From NCBI RefSeq assembly GCF_009914755.1, contig NC_060944.1: a stretch of 64,000 nucleotides of DNA; one strand, written 5' to 3'. Positions 17,040 through 31,720 of this stretch are shown here, piece by piece; within the stretch, counting starts at the first letter, position 1; every line of letters starts with the position of its first letter. Both the position numbers and the translations under genes were made by a program. Origin of the DNA: the human T2T-CHM13v2.0 reference genome, Homo sapiens. The notes under the pieces are model-generated. The model was not told the DNA's origin. It was given only the letters and a program-made list of their open reading frames with translations, and made no database searches.

Positions 17040-17490
17040 GAACGTCTTTCTTTTACACATTGCCCATCAGCTCATTTTATCCCTGTGGTGACACCCTCAT
17101 GCCCTGCCCATTTCTTCTTGGTCCTCACCATTTCAGCACACCTGGCTTCTGGCGGAATCTAGACCATGCATCTTTCTGCCAGAGGCTTTGCTCTGATGGC
17201 TCACCAGGGTCTGCACTGCAACAGCCCACATATTCCGGGAATTAATGCTCCCCAAGAGCAACCTTCAGTGACTATCCAGGGTGCTGCATAAACATCCTTA
17301 CCCTGAGGCTGTGTCTACACTGTCTCCCAGGGGTCACCAGCTGCTGAAGTGTAACCTGATTGGTGACACTCTTCTCTTTTCAGTCTTACTTCCCTGTCCC
17401 CAACAGTATTTCCTGGCATCACCTCCCAAATAAACTATTTGTACTTGAATCCTTATCTCAGGGTCTTCTTCTGGGAACTGAAACTATGGT
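17040..17490 (+). mobile_element. LTR16-like ERVL LTR
   Basis: 3' end catcacctcccaaataaact...tctcagggtc..ttctggg. Confidence 0.65.
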
Positions 17491-19346
17491 AATCCCCATT
17501 TCTCCCATTAATCAAATATATTTATAATTGCTGATCAGAATTGCTGATAACCTTTAACTACACTAGTGGCTATCATTCCAGGTAAAAACCAATTAATTTG
17601 GACTTTTAGTTTCTGAGCAGCTTTGTTGAAGGTAAGTGCACTGATTCCATTAAGTTCTCTCATCATTTCGTTCATATACTGCTCAGTGTTGAGACTGAGC
17701 CTAGCAGTTTAGCTTGACTCTCCCCAGCAGCCAAGGATTGTCAGGTTGCAACACACGTGTGACCATTCCAAATGCATAATTTATACACAAACTCGGTCAT
17801 GAATAAAAAATTTCACTGTGAGCACTAAAAGCAAAACAATGAAACAGAAACACCTGTATCTTCAAGGTTAAGATTTGTGTCTTTTCTGTTCTTCAAGGGA
17901 AAAACCACTAAACTGCTGCATTTGATTTCACTTCAATTGATAAGATATAAAATGCAATGATTAGAAATGCCACGCTGAGCCTTTAAAACTATTACAAAGA
18001 GATAATCAGGAAAAGAGAACATCTGACTGCTTCTGTTTACTTGAAAACTTTACATTTTTGGTATCAGCTGTGATGTGTGCTTCCAGTCCACTGTGGTGTA
18101 TGCAATATACTATTTTATGTAATCATTTACTTTGCTTTCAAATCCTCATTAGAATATTACCAAAAACACAAGGTGTCCTCATGCTTGCCATTTGCACACC
18201 AGGGACAAGACTGCAACTTACATTCTGTAATGAAAGTTTCCATTCATTTGTTCACTCAACAGTTATTGTATGCTAGGCATTGTGACTGGAGTGAGGAATG
18301 CAGAGATGCTCAGGAAACGGTTTCTGCTCTCACCCTACTTCATATACCATACCAGCCCCCACTGCCCAACCCTGGCATTCCCAATCCTGCTCATACTTTT
18401 TCTCTTTTTTGGGGTACTATCCATCCCATTTTAACCTCTTATATTCTTTTTTAACTTGTTCCATTTATATTTTAAAATTTGTTACATTTACATTTATTGG
18501 TTAGTGTCTGTCTCTGCCTGCTAAAATGTAAGCTCCAGGTGGCAGGGATTTTAGCTCTGTATTGCTACTATATCCCTAGCACTCACCACAATGCCTGGGA
18601 CACAGTAGGTGCTCAATAAATATTTGCTGAATGAGTGAATAGTTTATGGTTTAATGGGAAAAATAGATTACTCACTATATATCACTATATATTATCTATT
18701 CTGGGTTCAAATGTTGATTTTTGGTTTTGGAACCAATGAATACACCTATAATACTTTCAAAAATTATAAAATGAGAATACCTTCATGGGGTGTTTCCTTC
18801 CCTTTATGGAGTTTTATAAAGAAAAATTGGTTTGGGTAGTGTTGTCTTTACGACTGTTAAATTATAGGATACCAAATCTATAAATAATTAGGTTTAAATT
18901 CACAATTAAGTGTACTTTTCTGCTTAATCACTTCATAAGTGATTTTTATGGGCAGAGTTATTTACTTGAGCCAGGTCTTAAGCAATTAAGACTTTGGAAC
19001 ACCATTATCTCAAAAACAATAAAGACACATAGCTCTATGGTGATTAAGTATTTAATACAACTCTTTAAATCTTAAATACTGTACAATAATGTTTGAGTAT
19101 AGCTTGGATCAATAAATTTTGGGGGGCAATCTTAGTGGTTTATCTTGTCTATTAACAAATCTCTTTTGGAATAGTTTTAAGCTTTGTGGAGATGTACCTG
19201 ATTTATGCCAATAATGTTCCACTTGGCTTAACTCCACTTAAATGGCTGCAATACCCAGAAGGGCTTAAACATGTGCTTCCTAATAGGTGAGTGTTCTGTA
19301 GCAATTACTTGAAGTAGGCAGAATGCACACATAATTTTCCTGTCTA

Positions 19347-19697
<351 letters not shown>

Positions 19698-19821
19698 TCA
19701 ATTTCATTGTGTGCGAAAATGGAAACCAACAACTGATCTCCAGCTCCTCATGGCCTTTTACAATTCAAGGCTTAACAACTTTTGGCTTCTTTCCAAAGTC
19801 TCCAGGGAAAAAATAGGGACT

Positions 19822-20020
19822 GGGATGGCATTAGGCAAAATACCTAATGTAGATGACAGGGTTGATGGGACAGCAAACCATCATGGTACATGTATACGTA
19901 TATAACACACCTGCATGTTCTGCACATGTATCCCAGAACTTAAAGTAAAATAAAAAACATTTAAAAAATTAAATCAAATAAAAAAATTTAAAGATAAAAT
20001 AATTAAAAAAGAAAAAGAAA
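19822..20020 (+). mobile_element. L1PA 3'-terminal fragment with A-rich tail
   Basis: tacctaatgtagatgac...ctgcacatgtatcccagaacttaaagt. Confidence 0.88.
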
Positions 20021-20028
20021 AAATAATA

Positions 20029-20325
20029 GGGTCGGGTGCTGTAGCTCACACCTGTAATCTCAGCACTTTGGGAGGCTGATGCAAGCGATCACCTGAGGTC
20101 AGGAGTTCGAGACCAGCCCGGCCTACATGGCAAAACCCTGTCTCTACTAAAAATACAAAAATTAGCCAGGTGTGGTGGTGCGCACCTGTTAATCCCAGCT
20201 ACTCCAGAGGCTGAGGCAGGAGAATCACTTGAACCCGGGAAGTGGAGATTGTAATGAGCCGAGGTCACACCATTATATTACAGCTTGGGCAACAAGAGCA
20301 AATCTCTGTCTCAAAAAAAAAAAAA
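20029..20325 (+). mobile_element. AluS
   Basis: Full dimer next to the L1 tail. Confidence 0.9.
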
Positions 20326-20849
20326 TGGAAAATAGGGACTAAATCTTACCATCATTTACATTTAGATACCGTGGAGGAAAAGAAACATAAAAATGTGTTC
20401 ACAATGAATGCTAAAGTTCTGTTCGCTAAAATCTCTGTGCCATGGCCCTTTCTGAGAAAGCATCTGACTTTGTTTAATCAAGATTATTTCTCTTATAGAA
20501 ATGTATCCTTATACCACTGTGTCACAAGGGAGTAGCAATAGCCTCCAATCAAAGTCCACACAGAAGTACTGTACAACTGACATTTCATTCTTCTCAGTAA
20601 TCTCCAACTCTTTATCAGTACCACCATATCCAAAGTGTCCAAATTGAAGTCAGAGTTAAAATATTTTCTCCCTTTCAATGTTAGCACCAATGTCAATCTT
20701 TCCCCTCCTTTAACGTTGGCATTAAAATAGAATCTTTACCCTTCATCAATATTGGAGTCAATTTTCAATCTTTTATTTTGCAAAATGAAGAGTTACCAGT
20801 ATCTTTGTTTTCTTATTTTTCTTTAAATGATTTTTTCTTTCTCTTTTAA

Positions 20850-21544
<695 letters not shown>

Positions 21545-22135
21545 AGAAAATGCTCCTCTTAATGCTGTTAGTAGAAGCATAAATTGGCACAACTATTTTG
21601 GAAAACCTTATGAATCAGCATTTTTTTTCTCTGAACTATACCACCCAACAGAAATGATCTCTGAAAGACAGGTGTTACAGCAGCTTTTTCTGTAAGTGCA
21701 TGAAAATGTAAACAACCCAAATGTCCATTAAGAGGTAAATGGATAAATAATTGTGGCATATTCATACAATGGAATATTATATGGTAATGAAAACGAACCA
21801 AAACAATATGCAACAGTATGGATAAATCTCACAGATATAATGTTGAGTGAAAGAAAGTCAATGTGTAAGAGTATATCCTTTATAATCTCATTTGTATAAA
21901 GTTCAAAATCAAGCAATGATTCCTGTGGTGTTAGAAGTCAGGACAGTGGTTACCTTTGGTAGTGGTGACTGGGAGGGGTCGGGGTATGGGGCTTGGGTGG
22001 GGAACAGCTGATGTTCTATTTCGTGATCTGAGTGGTTACAAGACTTTGTGAAAATCCATTGAACTGTTTATGATAAGTGAAGCCTTGTTTATAATAAGTG
22101 AATTTTTCTGTATGTATATTATATGTCAGTCAATA
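21545..22135 (+). mobile_element. L1ME 3' fragment
   Basis: aaacaacccaaatgtcca...ggtgttagaagtcaggacagtggttacc. Confidence 0.7.
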
Positions 22136-22443
22136 AGGACTGAAAAAAAAACTATCTTGCTAGAGCAAATGAAAAGCCCGCATCTAAGGCCTTAAATAGA
22201 AGGCAAAAGAAGCACAAAGAAAATAGAATGTTATTAAATTCTAGGTTGATAATGTTGACATCTGACACGCTACAAGGTGAAGAGTGTAACCCTGAAGATT
22301 TCTTTCTTTGTTTAAACAGGGAGCATAGTAAACGGTGGATAAGTGTTGAAAAACTCCTCAGCACCAATTTATCACTAAGCTCTCAAGTATTAACAGAGAG
22401 TTAACCCAGTAGTCTAATGCCAAGCTACTTAAAGTCACATTAG

Positions 22444-23209
<766 letters not shown>

Positions 23210-24309
23210 TCAGTAGACTTGCAGAGCAAAATTTCTTTTTTGTTTTGTTTTTCATTGTAACCTCCTCTTCAAAACACTCTGCAAGGTTCCAGGTGCTCCA
23301 GATATCAAATTTGGCATCTTAACTTTGAAGACAAAAAGTTTTATAAAAATGGTCTCAAATCATCTAAATTTACATACTTCATTTTTCCATTCACCCACTT
23401 CTCCAAGACCACTTGGCTATGTATTTCCTTCGTCCACCCAATGCTTCAATCCTCATTTTCTCTCTATTGACTTCTTTTGACCTTCTCTCAACTATTCTGG
23501 CAATAGGCAATCTTCCATATTATCTTTTAAAGAAATCAATTTTATTAAGGTATAATTTGCATGTAATAAAATGCGCAGATTTTATATACTATAGTTCAAC
23601 ATATTTTGTTGTATGCAAATTATACTTCAATAAAGTTGATGTTTAAAAAGGATGCCATTAAAGCCTCTTATCTTTAATATCTTTAATATATGTATATTAT
23701 TACATTCCTCCTACAAAAATGTATATCTTCCCATAATAAAGCTCAAAAAATAAAAAAAAGCAAAATAATTCCTATTTCAGTCATTATAATATATAGTTTT
23801 ACCTTAAATACATATAGATACAGGTCATTAATAATTATTGCCATGTATTCGATTTACTTATTGTTCTATGTCATATAAAAATTGATTATAAATGCACCAA
23901 TTAAAAATTTGGATACATCTTTGGCAAAAGATTTAAAAACAGGAGTAACAGATATAAAAAGCTCACTCTTCAAAGTACAGATAGGGATGTGAATTTCAAA
24001 CCCATCGTTTTCCCCTCATGGGAGAAGCTAGCAGGAAAGAACGTTCACAACTGAAATGTTTCAGGGGGTAACTGGAACACTGGAATCCAAATTGGCAGAA
24101 CTGAAACAAAACTTGAGATGTCAGTTCTCTCTTACTTTTAAACAGAAAGAAATAATGCTACTGCTCCTGGCTGTTTTAAACATTTAAAGTAAAAATTATT
24201 TAAATGATAATGAGTCTTTTTCACTTTACTATGTAAAGCCAGCTTATGAGAAATTCATGTTTTCATAAGGCCTATTTTTAAGAAACATCAATGCACTCAA
24301 ACTCCTAAG

Positions 24310-24440
24310 AAAGGGCTTCTCTGAGGGTGTACACAAATCCCCCAGGGATCCTATTAAAATGCAGATTCTATTCAGCAGGTCTAGGGAGGGGCCATACATT
24401 TCTTAACAGGCTCCAGATGTTGCTGGTCTGTGGGTATACT
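24310..24440. mobile_element. MER5A fragment
   Basis: ttaaaatgcagattc...aggtctaggg...tttcttaacaggctccagatg. Confidence 0.6.
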
Positions 24441-24697
24441 CAGTTCTTCCCTTCAACCTATTTAGATCAATATTAAACCAGGGATGATGGTAATATCCGA
24501 GGAACATTACTTTTAATAATAATTAAACAACCAGTGTCATATCTGTTCTGCATGTTCATTCGAAACGACTCATTTGTAAGCATAAGAGAATCTCAAAATA
24601 CGCTACACAGATAAATTGAATACTGCAAATCTGAACAGATTTAGGACAGATTTTATGGGTGAGGATGAAATTCAAGAGTTCAGAAGTAGCTCCTTAT

Positions 24698-25002
24698 GTT
24701 TTTGTTTTGTTTTTGTTTTTTTTGAGATGGAGTCTTGCTCTGTCACCCAGGCTGGAGTGCAGTGGCATGATCTTAGCTCACTGCAACCTCTGCCTCCCGG
24801 GTTCAAGCAATTCTCTGCCTCAGCCTCCCAAGTAGCTGAGATTACAGGCGTGTGCCACCACGCCCGGTTAATTTTTGTATTTTTAGTAGAGACAGGGTTT
24901 CACCATGCTGGCCAGGCTGGTCTTGAACTCCTGATCTCGTGATCCACCTGCCTTGGCCTCCCAAAGTGCTGGCATTACAGGCGTGGGCCACCACGCCCAG
25001 CC
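24698..25002 (-). mobile_element. AluS
   Basis: Full dimer; TSD tccttatgttt. Confidence 0.92.
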
Positions 25003-25179
25003 GTTCCTTATGTTTCTATAGTCAGAAGCATGCAACGATGCAATGCATCTCCTCCCCATGCACAGAGATCCACACAGAACCCTCTGCATGAGGAGTGCCA
25101 CTCAGTGACTGCATTAGGCCTAACTGCTTGCCTCTGTCATCATCAGCTTCAGGTATCATTTATTACCTACTGACTGTAT

Positions 25180-25370
25180 GATGTGCTCTGTGTTAACTCC
25201 TGTCTTCTGTTATCCCTTTTTCATCCTCTCAGCAATCTCATTTAGAAATGAGGAAACTCAGCCTCAGAGAGATGAAGCAAGTTGCCTGAGGTCACACAGC
25301 AAGTTAGATGCTGGAGCCCAGGTGGAAATCCAGGTCTGCCTTTCTATTTCAAACTCTTATTCACCACACT
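25180..25370 (-). mobile_element. MIR
   Basis: aaatgaggaaactcagcctcagagag...ttgcctgaggtcacacagc. Confidence 0.75.
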
Positions 25371-26339
25371 GGGAAACCACTTTGATAATGTTGCAATGCC
25401 AAAATGAAAGAAAACTCCTCAAACTACGTGAACTAAATTCTCAGTAGCCTTTACTAAGCATTTCTATCAACACAAATCTTGCGCAGTGAGGAGACAAAAG
25501 ATGCCCCTTCATCGTCAAACTCATAACTTGGCATTGAACTGTTCGACTTTAAGATCCTTACAATTTCTTAAATGCTATAATTGTGAAGTCTAGTTATTTA
25601 AAATGTTTTGTATATAAAGAAAATAACTTTTAAAGGTGATTCCTTACTGCTTATTTCACTGGGCAATCTGATATAAGGTCTTTTCCTAACTTGGGTGATC
25701 AAAACACTACTCATTCAGGCAATAGATGCTGATTCCCCTTACAACAAAATGCAGGCTAAAATTAGCCAAGCTGGTTTTCCTGCATTCCTTTCCTATCTTT
25801 CTGTGCCTTCATTTTTGAGTGAACGTCTAGTCTGCAGCAAGCTGTTACTTGTCAAGGATAGCAGCAAACTTCAGCCGGGAAAACGCATCTAAGGAGACCA
25901 AAACAAGAAGCAAAGTTACTGGCAGAGTGCTGAAAAGCCCTTCGCAGACAGTCAAAGAAACGAAAGCATGGAGGGATGGAGAGCAGGAAGGAGGAAAGAT
26001 GAGGGGGAAACAGTCCCCGACCCTTCCCCTGGAATATCTGAAGGTGCTTGGTGTTCGAAGGCCACCCGACCTGTCTTTTGCCAGCTCTGCAGGATCCTGG
26101 GGCGGATGTTGGGTGGATAAAGCATGCCCCTTACTCCCATTAAGGCAGCACCTGCGGCTGAACTGAAAGTTTATTTTGCGGCCAGATGCGTAGGGCCGGA
26201 GAAGGTGGTCACATCCAGACGAAATTATTTTCAATCAACAGCTATTTAAGTACAAGAGGCTGCAGAAAGAAAGGGGCTAAGGGGGCTCAGGAGCCACTGG
26301 TGCCCATGAAAGCCTCCCAACCTCTAGCTCCCCAGCCCT

Positions 26340-27215
26340 AGCTCCGGAGCACCCACCTCCTTTCCAGGAGCCCGTAGCGTCCAGCCTCGCAGTCGCGCAC
26401 GTGGAGAGCTGCGTCCCTACAAACTACCCCGGGCCGAGCCGAGGAGCGGGCGCTGGCGAAGTGGGGAGCGGGGGGCGCCCAGTGGCGGCGGCTGCTCAGC
26501 TAAGGCTGCGGCAGGTGAGGGCTGGAGCCAGGGCGAGCAGGCGAAGCTGCCTCGGGACCTCCCACGGAGGCTCGGTGCCTGCCCCCAGCCTGGCGCGGCG
26601 TGCCCGGTGCACTGCACGGCCCCAGCGGCCCGGCTGAGGGCAGCGCGCAGCGTGGCAGGCGAGGGCACGCCCAGCCCCGGGCCTGCTAGGTCTCGCTCCC
26701 GCGGAGAGGAGGCGCAGTCTGCAGATTTTTAAGGGCAAAGGGTGGCCGAAGGGCTGCTCGGCGGAGAGAAGGCGGCGAGAACCCGGGGCGCACGCTCAGT
26801 ATCTGCAGCTCCTCTTGCGATGTCTCATCCTGACGCTTTAAGGCCGCCTCCAGTTTCCCTGTTCCCCCAGGCCCGCCGGGGACTAGCCCAGATGATTAAA
26901 GCCGCGCCACTTCCCCTCCTTTCAGGCATACCCATCACTCACACCCCGGGGTGCGTCCAGGCCCAGGAGACTCCAGCCTCCCGCCTAGAACAGCTGCCTC
27001 CCTTAGAAAGAGCCCCGGAGCACTTGTGGTCAGGGAGGTGAAGGCAACGACAAAACGATTCGTCTCTGAGTAAGAGGGTGGTGTCAGTCTCCAGAAGGCT
27101 GAGGCTCCCGACCAGGGGAGACTCCAGGAGACCCAAGGGCAGGCTGCATGCGGAAGTCTGGGCCACACCTGGTATGGCTCACCTCAGGATCACCACCGGT
27201 CCCGCCAGTCGCCTT
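26340..27215. promoter_or_regulatory. CpG island / FERMT1 promoter
   Basis: Dense CpG and high GC; GC/KLF boxes; CACGTG 26398-26403; ETS CGGAAGT 27151-27157; TATA-like TTAAAAA on minus strand 26726-26732. Confidence 0.9.
26357..26630 (-). other. FERMT1: FERMT1 non-coding exon 1 (5' end approximate)
   Basis: Donor GGAAAGGAG|gtgggt at 26357/26356 inside a CpG island; no upstream ATG between 26357 and 26640. Confidence 0.85.
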
Positions 27216-27775
27216 CCTGTTGGATTTATTTTCAAAGAGGGCTGGGGCCACCCAGGAAGGGTGGGTGACCTGGGCAGTTTACACAACCTCTCCAAGCCTC
27301 CTTTGTTCATTTAATCACATTTGTTGAGTGCTTACTGCTCTACAGGCCTCCCAATGGGCCTGGGCTCAGAGAATACAGTGGTTAATAAAACAGACATGGA
27401 AATGACAGTTTCCTCATCTGTGAAATAGGTACAGAGATAGAATGCGTGCTCTTCCACGGAGGGATTTCATGCAATATAGTACAGGCTTTAGCGATTTGCA
27501 TTAAAAGGCTTGTGAACACTTAAATTTTAATAAAGAAGTTATAAAATTTAGAAGTTGAATCTGTTTTCGCTTAAACATTACCATATTCAGGAATTATTAT
27601 GGGTTTGAAAGTACATTTAATTTAAAAAGGTTAGTTGAACATTGTTGGCAAATATAGGATATTATAATTGAAATAAAATCATTAAAAACTTGAAACAGAA
27701 TGTCTTCACTTGGTAGCGTTTGTCAACGATGGGAAGGGTCATCTGGTCCCACTTCCCTACCTCTTAACATCATGA

Positions 27776-28144
<369 letters not shown>

Positions 28145-28744
28145 TGTGGTCAAGATTTTATGTGTGACCTTGAATTATGGCTCTATCTATTCATACCAAT
28201 ATGGTTTTTCTCTTTTCAATTGAAAATATCTGCATTGTGCTAAAGAATTCGACTGGTTTTAAGCGTTCTTCTTGGCCTAGGTTAATTTTTAAACTTGTAA
28301 TTTTATGTAGTGACTTGTGTGTATATAAATGTGTATCATATATATACACACCCATACATATACACAATATATATAGATAAGAGCACAAATCGTGAATGTA
28401 TAGCTGATGAGTTTTCGCAAACTGAACACACCTGTATACAGAGTATATAAAGACACTAGCGTATAAAGAGTGCCCAGTTGAAGAAACAGGACATCACCAG
28501 TCCTCGGAAGCCCGTTAGTGACCCCTTTTAGTTATTCCTTTCAGTTATGATCACTGCCGCTGCCTGCCCCTACCCCCGACCCCAGGCCCAGGATAACCAT
28601 TATCTTATCTTCTAACTCCTCAGAAGGGTTTTGCCTGTCTTTGTACTTTATATAAATGGAATCAGACCATGTGCACTATTTTGTGTCTGGCTTCTTGTGT
28701 TCAACATTATGTTTGTGAGTTTTATCCATATTATGTGTCCTAGG

Positions 28745-28996
28745 CTTTTTTTTTTTTTTTTTTTTTTGAGAAAGGGTCTTGCTCTCCCCCAGGTCAGAGT
28801 GCAGTGGCATGATCATGGCTCACTGCAGCCTTGATGTCTCAGGCTCCCAAGCTGGGACTACAGGTGTGAACCACCGTGCCTGGCTAATTTTTAAATTTAG
28901 CTGCCTGAGCTGGTCTTGAACTCCTGGGCTCAAGCCATCCTCCCATCTTAGCCTCCTAAATTGTTGGGATTGCAGGTGTGAGTCACCATGGCCGGC
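28745..28996 (-). mobile_element. AluJ with internal deletions, within an L1M relic
   Basis: TSD tgtcctaggctttt. Confidence 0.85.
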
Positions 28997-29716
28997 TGTC
29001 CTAGGCTTTTAATTTAACTTTATGTTTTACTTATTACACGGTTACTGTCGTTTGTGTGACACAGGTCCAACCCATCCCCCAAGGTCCTGGGTTAGAAGTG
29101 GGTTAAAAAGTGTATTCTGAACTTCAAAATTTTGTACATATATATTAAAAAAAGCACACCCTTTGCCCCCTTAAAAAACAAGCAGAATCAATTCACTGAG
29201 TCTGTTATTTAATTAATTCATACATATTAATCAGCAATGGATTATTTATTTGCTAGTCACTGTATTACTGTGAGCTAGACATCGTAATATATGTTGAAAA
29301 TACTCAGATTAACTGGGCACGCACTTTGTCTTCAGATGATAGGAGGGATGCTAAGGAATACAGAAGAATGTGTCTACTTCTGCCAGGTGTTTGGAGTGGC
29401 AGGGAATATGAGAAAAGGCTTCAGAAAGGAGGTGATTTTTGAGATGGAATTTGAAACATTGGATAAGAGCTTCATAGTTTCTTATAATAACCTGAGGTTT
29501 CTAGAGAACTGTTTTAAGGTATTAATATATTTTTTTTAGTTAGCAGATAGTTGCGCTTCAGGTAGCAGAAGGGTGGAAGATAAAGAGAAGCTCTATTTCT
29601 TGACTTTGAAATCTTATACATTCAAGTTGCAAATATTGAAAAAAAAATCTGTTGTCAATTACCCATACACTGATAAACTCACCTTTGAACTAGTACCTTC
29701 AAAAAGGTAAATCAAC

Positions 29717-30148
<432 letters not shown>

Positions 30149-31165
30149 TAAGTCATGTCATGTCTGGGGTATGGGTAGATTAGACTGAATGAGAGATGTG
30201 GCCATATTCCGTATTCACTGAACACAAAAGGGAAATAAATGAGTAGAGAACTTTGAAAGTCTCTGCTGCTTTAACTTGTTAAACACAAATGATTTTTTCC
30301 TCTAGCACCTTTTTGCTAAAAATTCTATAGAGTTAATTTAGGTAGAATAAGAAAGCTGCTTGAAGGAGAAAAGAAGTGGATTTTTTTTTCCTGATTGATG
30401 ATTTTGATAAATATTTACCCAATATAAAGTTCTCTATTAAGTTTTCAGCTTATAAACCTGCTAGAAGTCTGATGACTTCAAAACGGCAACAGACACCTAA
30501 AATATATTTTTATTTGCATTGAGTCCTTGGCACATACAAAATGGCAGCTGTGTTCACGTGTGCAGTGAATACATTTTGCTGAGTGCAAAGAAGCAGAATG
30601 TGCCTATTATTGCTACACCCTCCTCCCCAACTGGATGGATAATGAGCACTTTCTATGCCCAGGCAAGTTCTAAAGTTTTCTCCTTGCCAGGGTGAAAAGG
30701 GTGTGTCTCAATGTACTTACAGGGCTGAATGACAAAGAGCAAAGAAGAGTAAAAATGGCTTTGCTGGGGGCCATGCTGGAGCCCACCTTTGAGAATGAGA
30801 GAAGCAAGAAACACAGTGCCTCCCTCCTTCCATCCCTCTTCTCCTCCATCCCCTGTTCTCCTTCCTTAGATTGCATCCTTCTTAATCAAAGGGTACAAGA
30901 GAGTATACAGTGATAATTAAATCTTCCTCCCATCCTTGATTATTGAGTTCCCTTCCCTAGAGATAATAGTTACCTGTTTCCCCTGAAACCTTCCAGAGAT
31001 AGTCTATGCATGTAGACAATTTCTGCTTCTTATGCAAGTGATAGTAGTCTATACATATTGTTCTGCATTTTGCTTTTCTAACTTGAAAATATCTTGATGA
31101 TTGTAGCAAATATCAGTCATACTCATGGCTGCCCATCATCCTTGGAATGGCCTCCTTAATATTTG

Positions 31166-31720
31166 TGGAAATCTTTATGTCTTAATCCCAGTCTAGAAGT
31201 CAGAACTCAAATTCCCAACCTCGCTTGCAGCGAGGGCACAGGCCTATGACCTAGGCTGTGTCATTCAGATACTCAGGAATGACTTTAATTTGAAAGTGAG
31301 TGAGGTGCAGAGACAGGATGTACTTGGAGCTTCCATCTTTTCTGATGTGAGTGGTGTCAGGAATGACTATGGTGGTGGTAGTGGCAGTGGCGATGGTTTT
31401 CTGGAGGCTGAAAGGTTAAAGTCCCAATGCAGAAGTGATGTCAGGGCTAGTGGGTGGCGGTAGCAGGTGCAGTAAAGTCAGGTTCAGATGCTTCAATGGT
31501 GACTCCCTTCTCGTGTTAGTCCTACAGCATCATTTCAGACTTTGTTCTTGGTGCTTAGCTCCAAGCCTCTTCCTCCTGCTGTCCTGTCAGGTTGTGTCCA
31601 CTATGATGGAGCAAGACCCTGTCATCTATGATGATGATGACGACTTGCCTAATTATTTTTCTGTTTAAGCTAGCCATAGTGGATTCTGTTATTTGTGCCT
31701 AAGAGCTCTTACTGACAAAG
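31166..31720 (+). mobile_element. LTR33-like ERVL LTR
   Basis: ttcccaacctcgcttgcagc...tgacctaggct; 3' end ttctgtttaagctagcca...ctgttatttg. Confidence 0.55.

Noticed and set aside
26401-27314. Several GC-rich ORFs on both strands
   Set aside because: Expected from stop-codon scarcity in a CpG island; no recognisable domains
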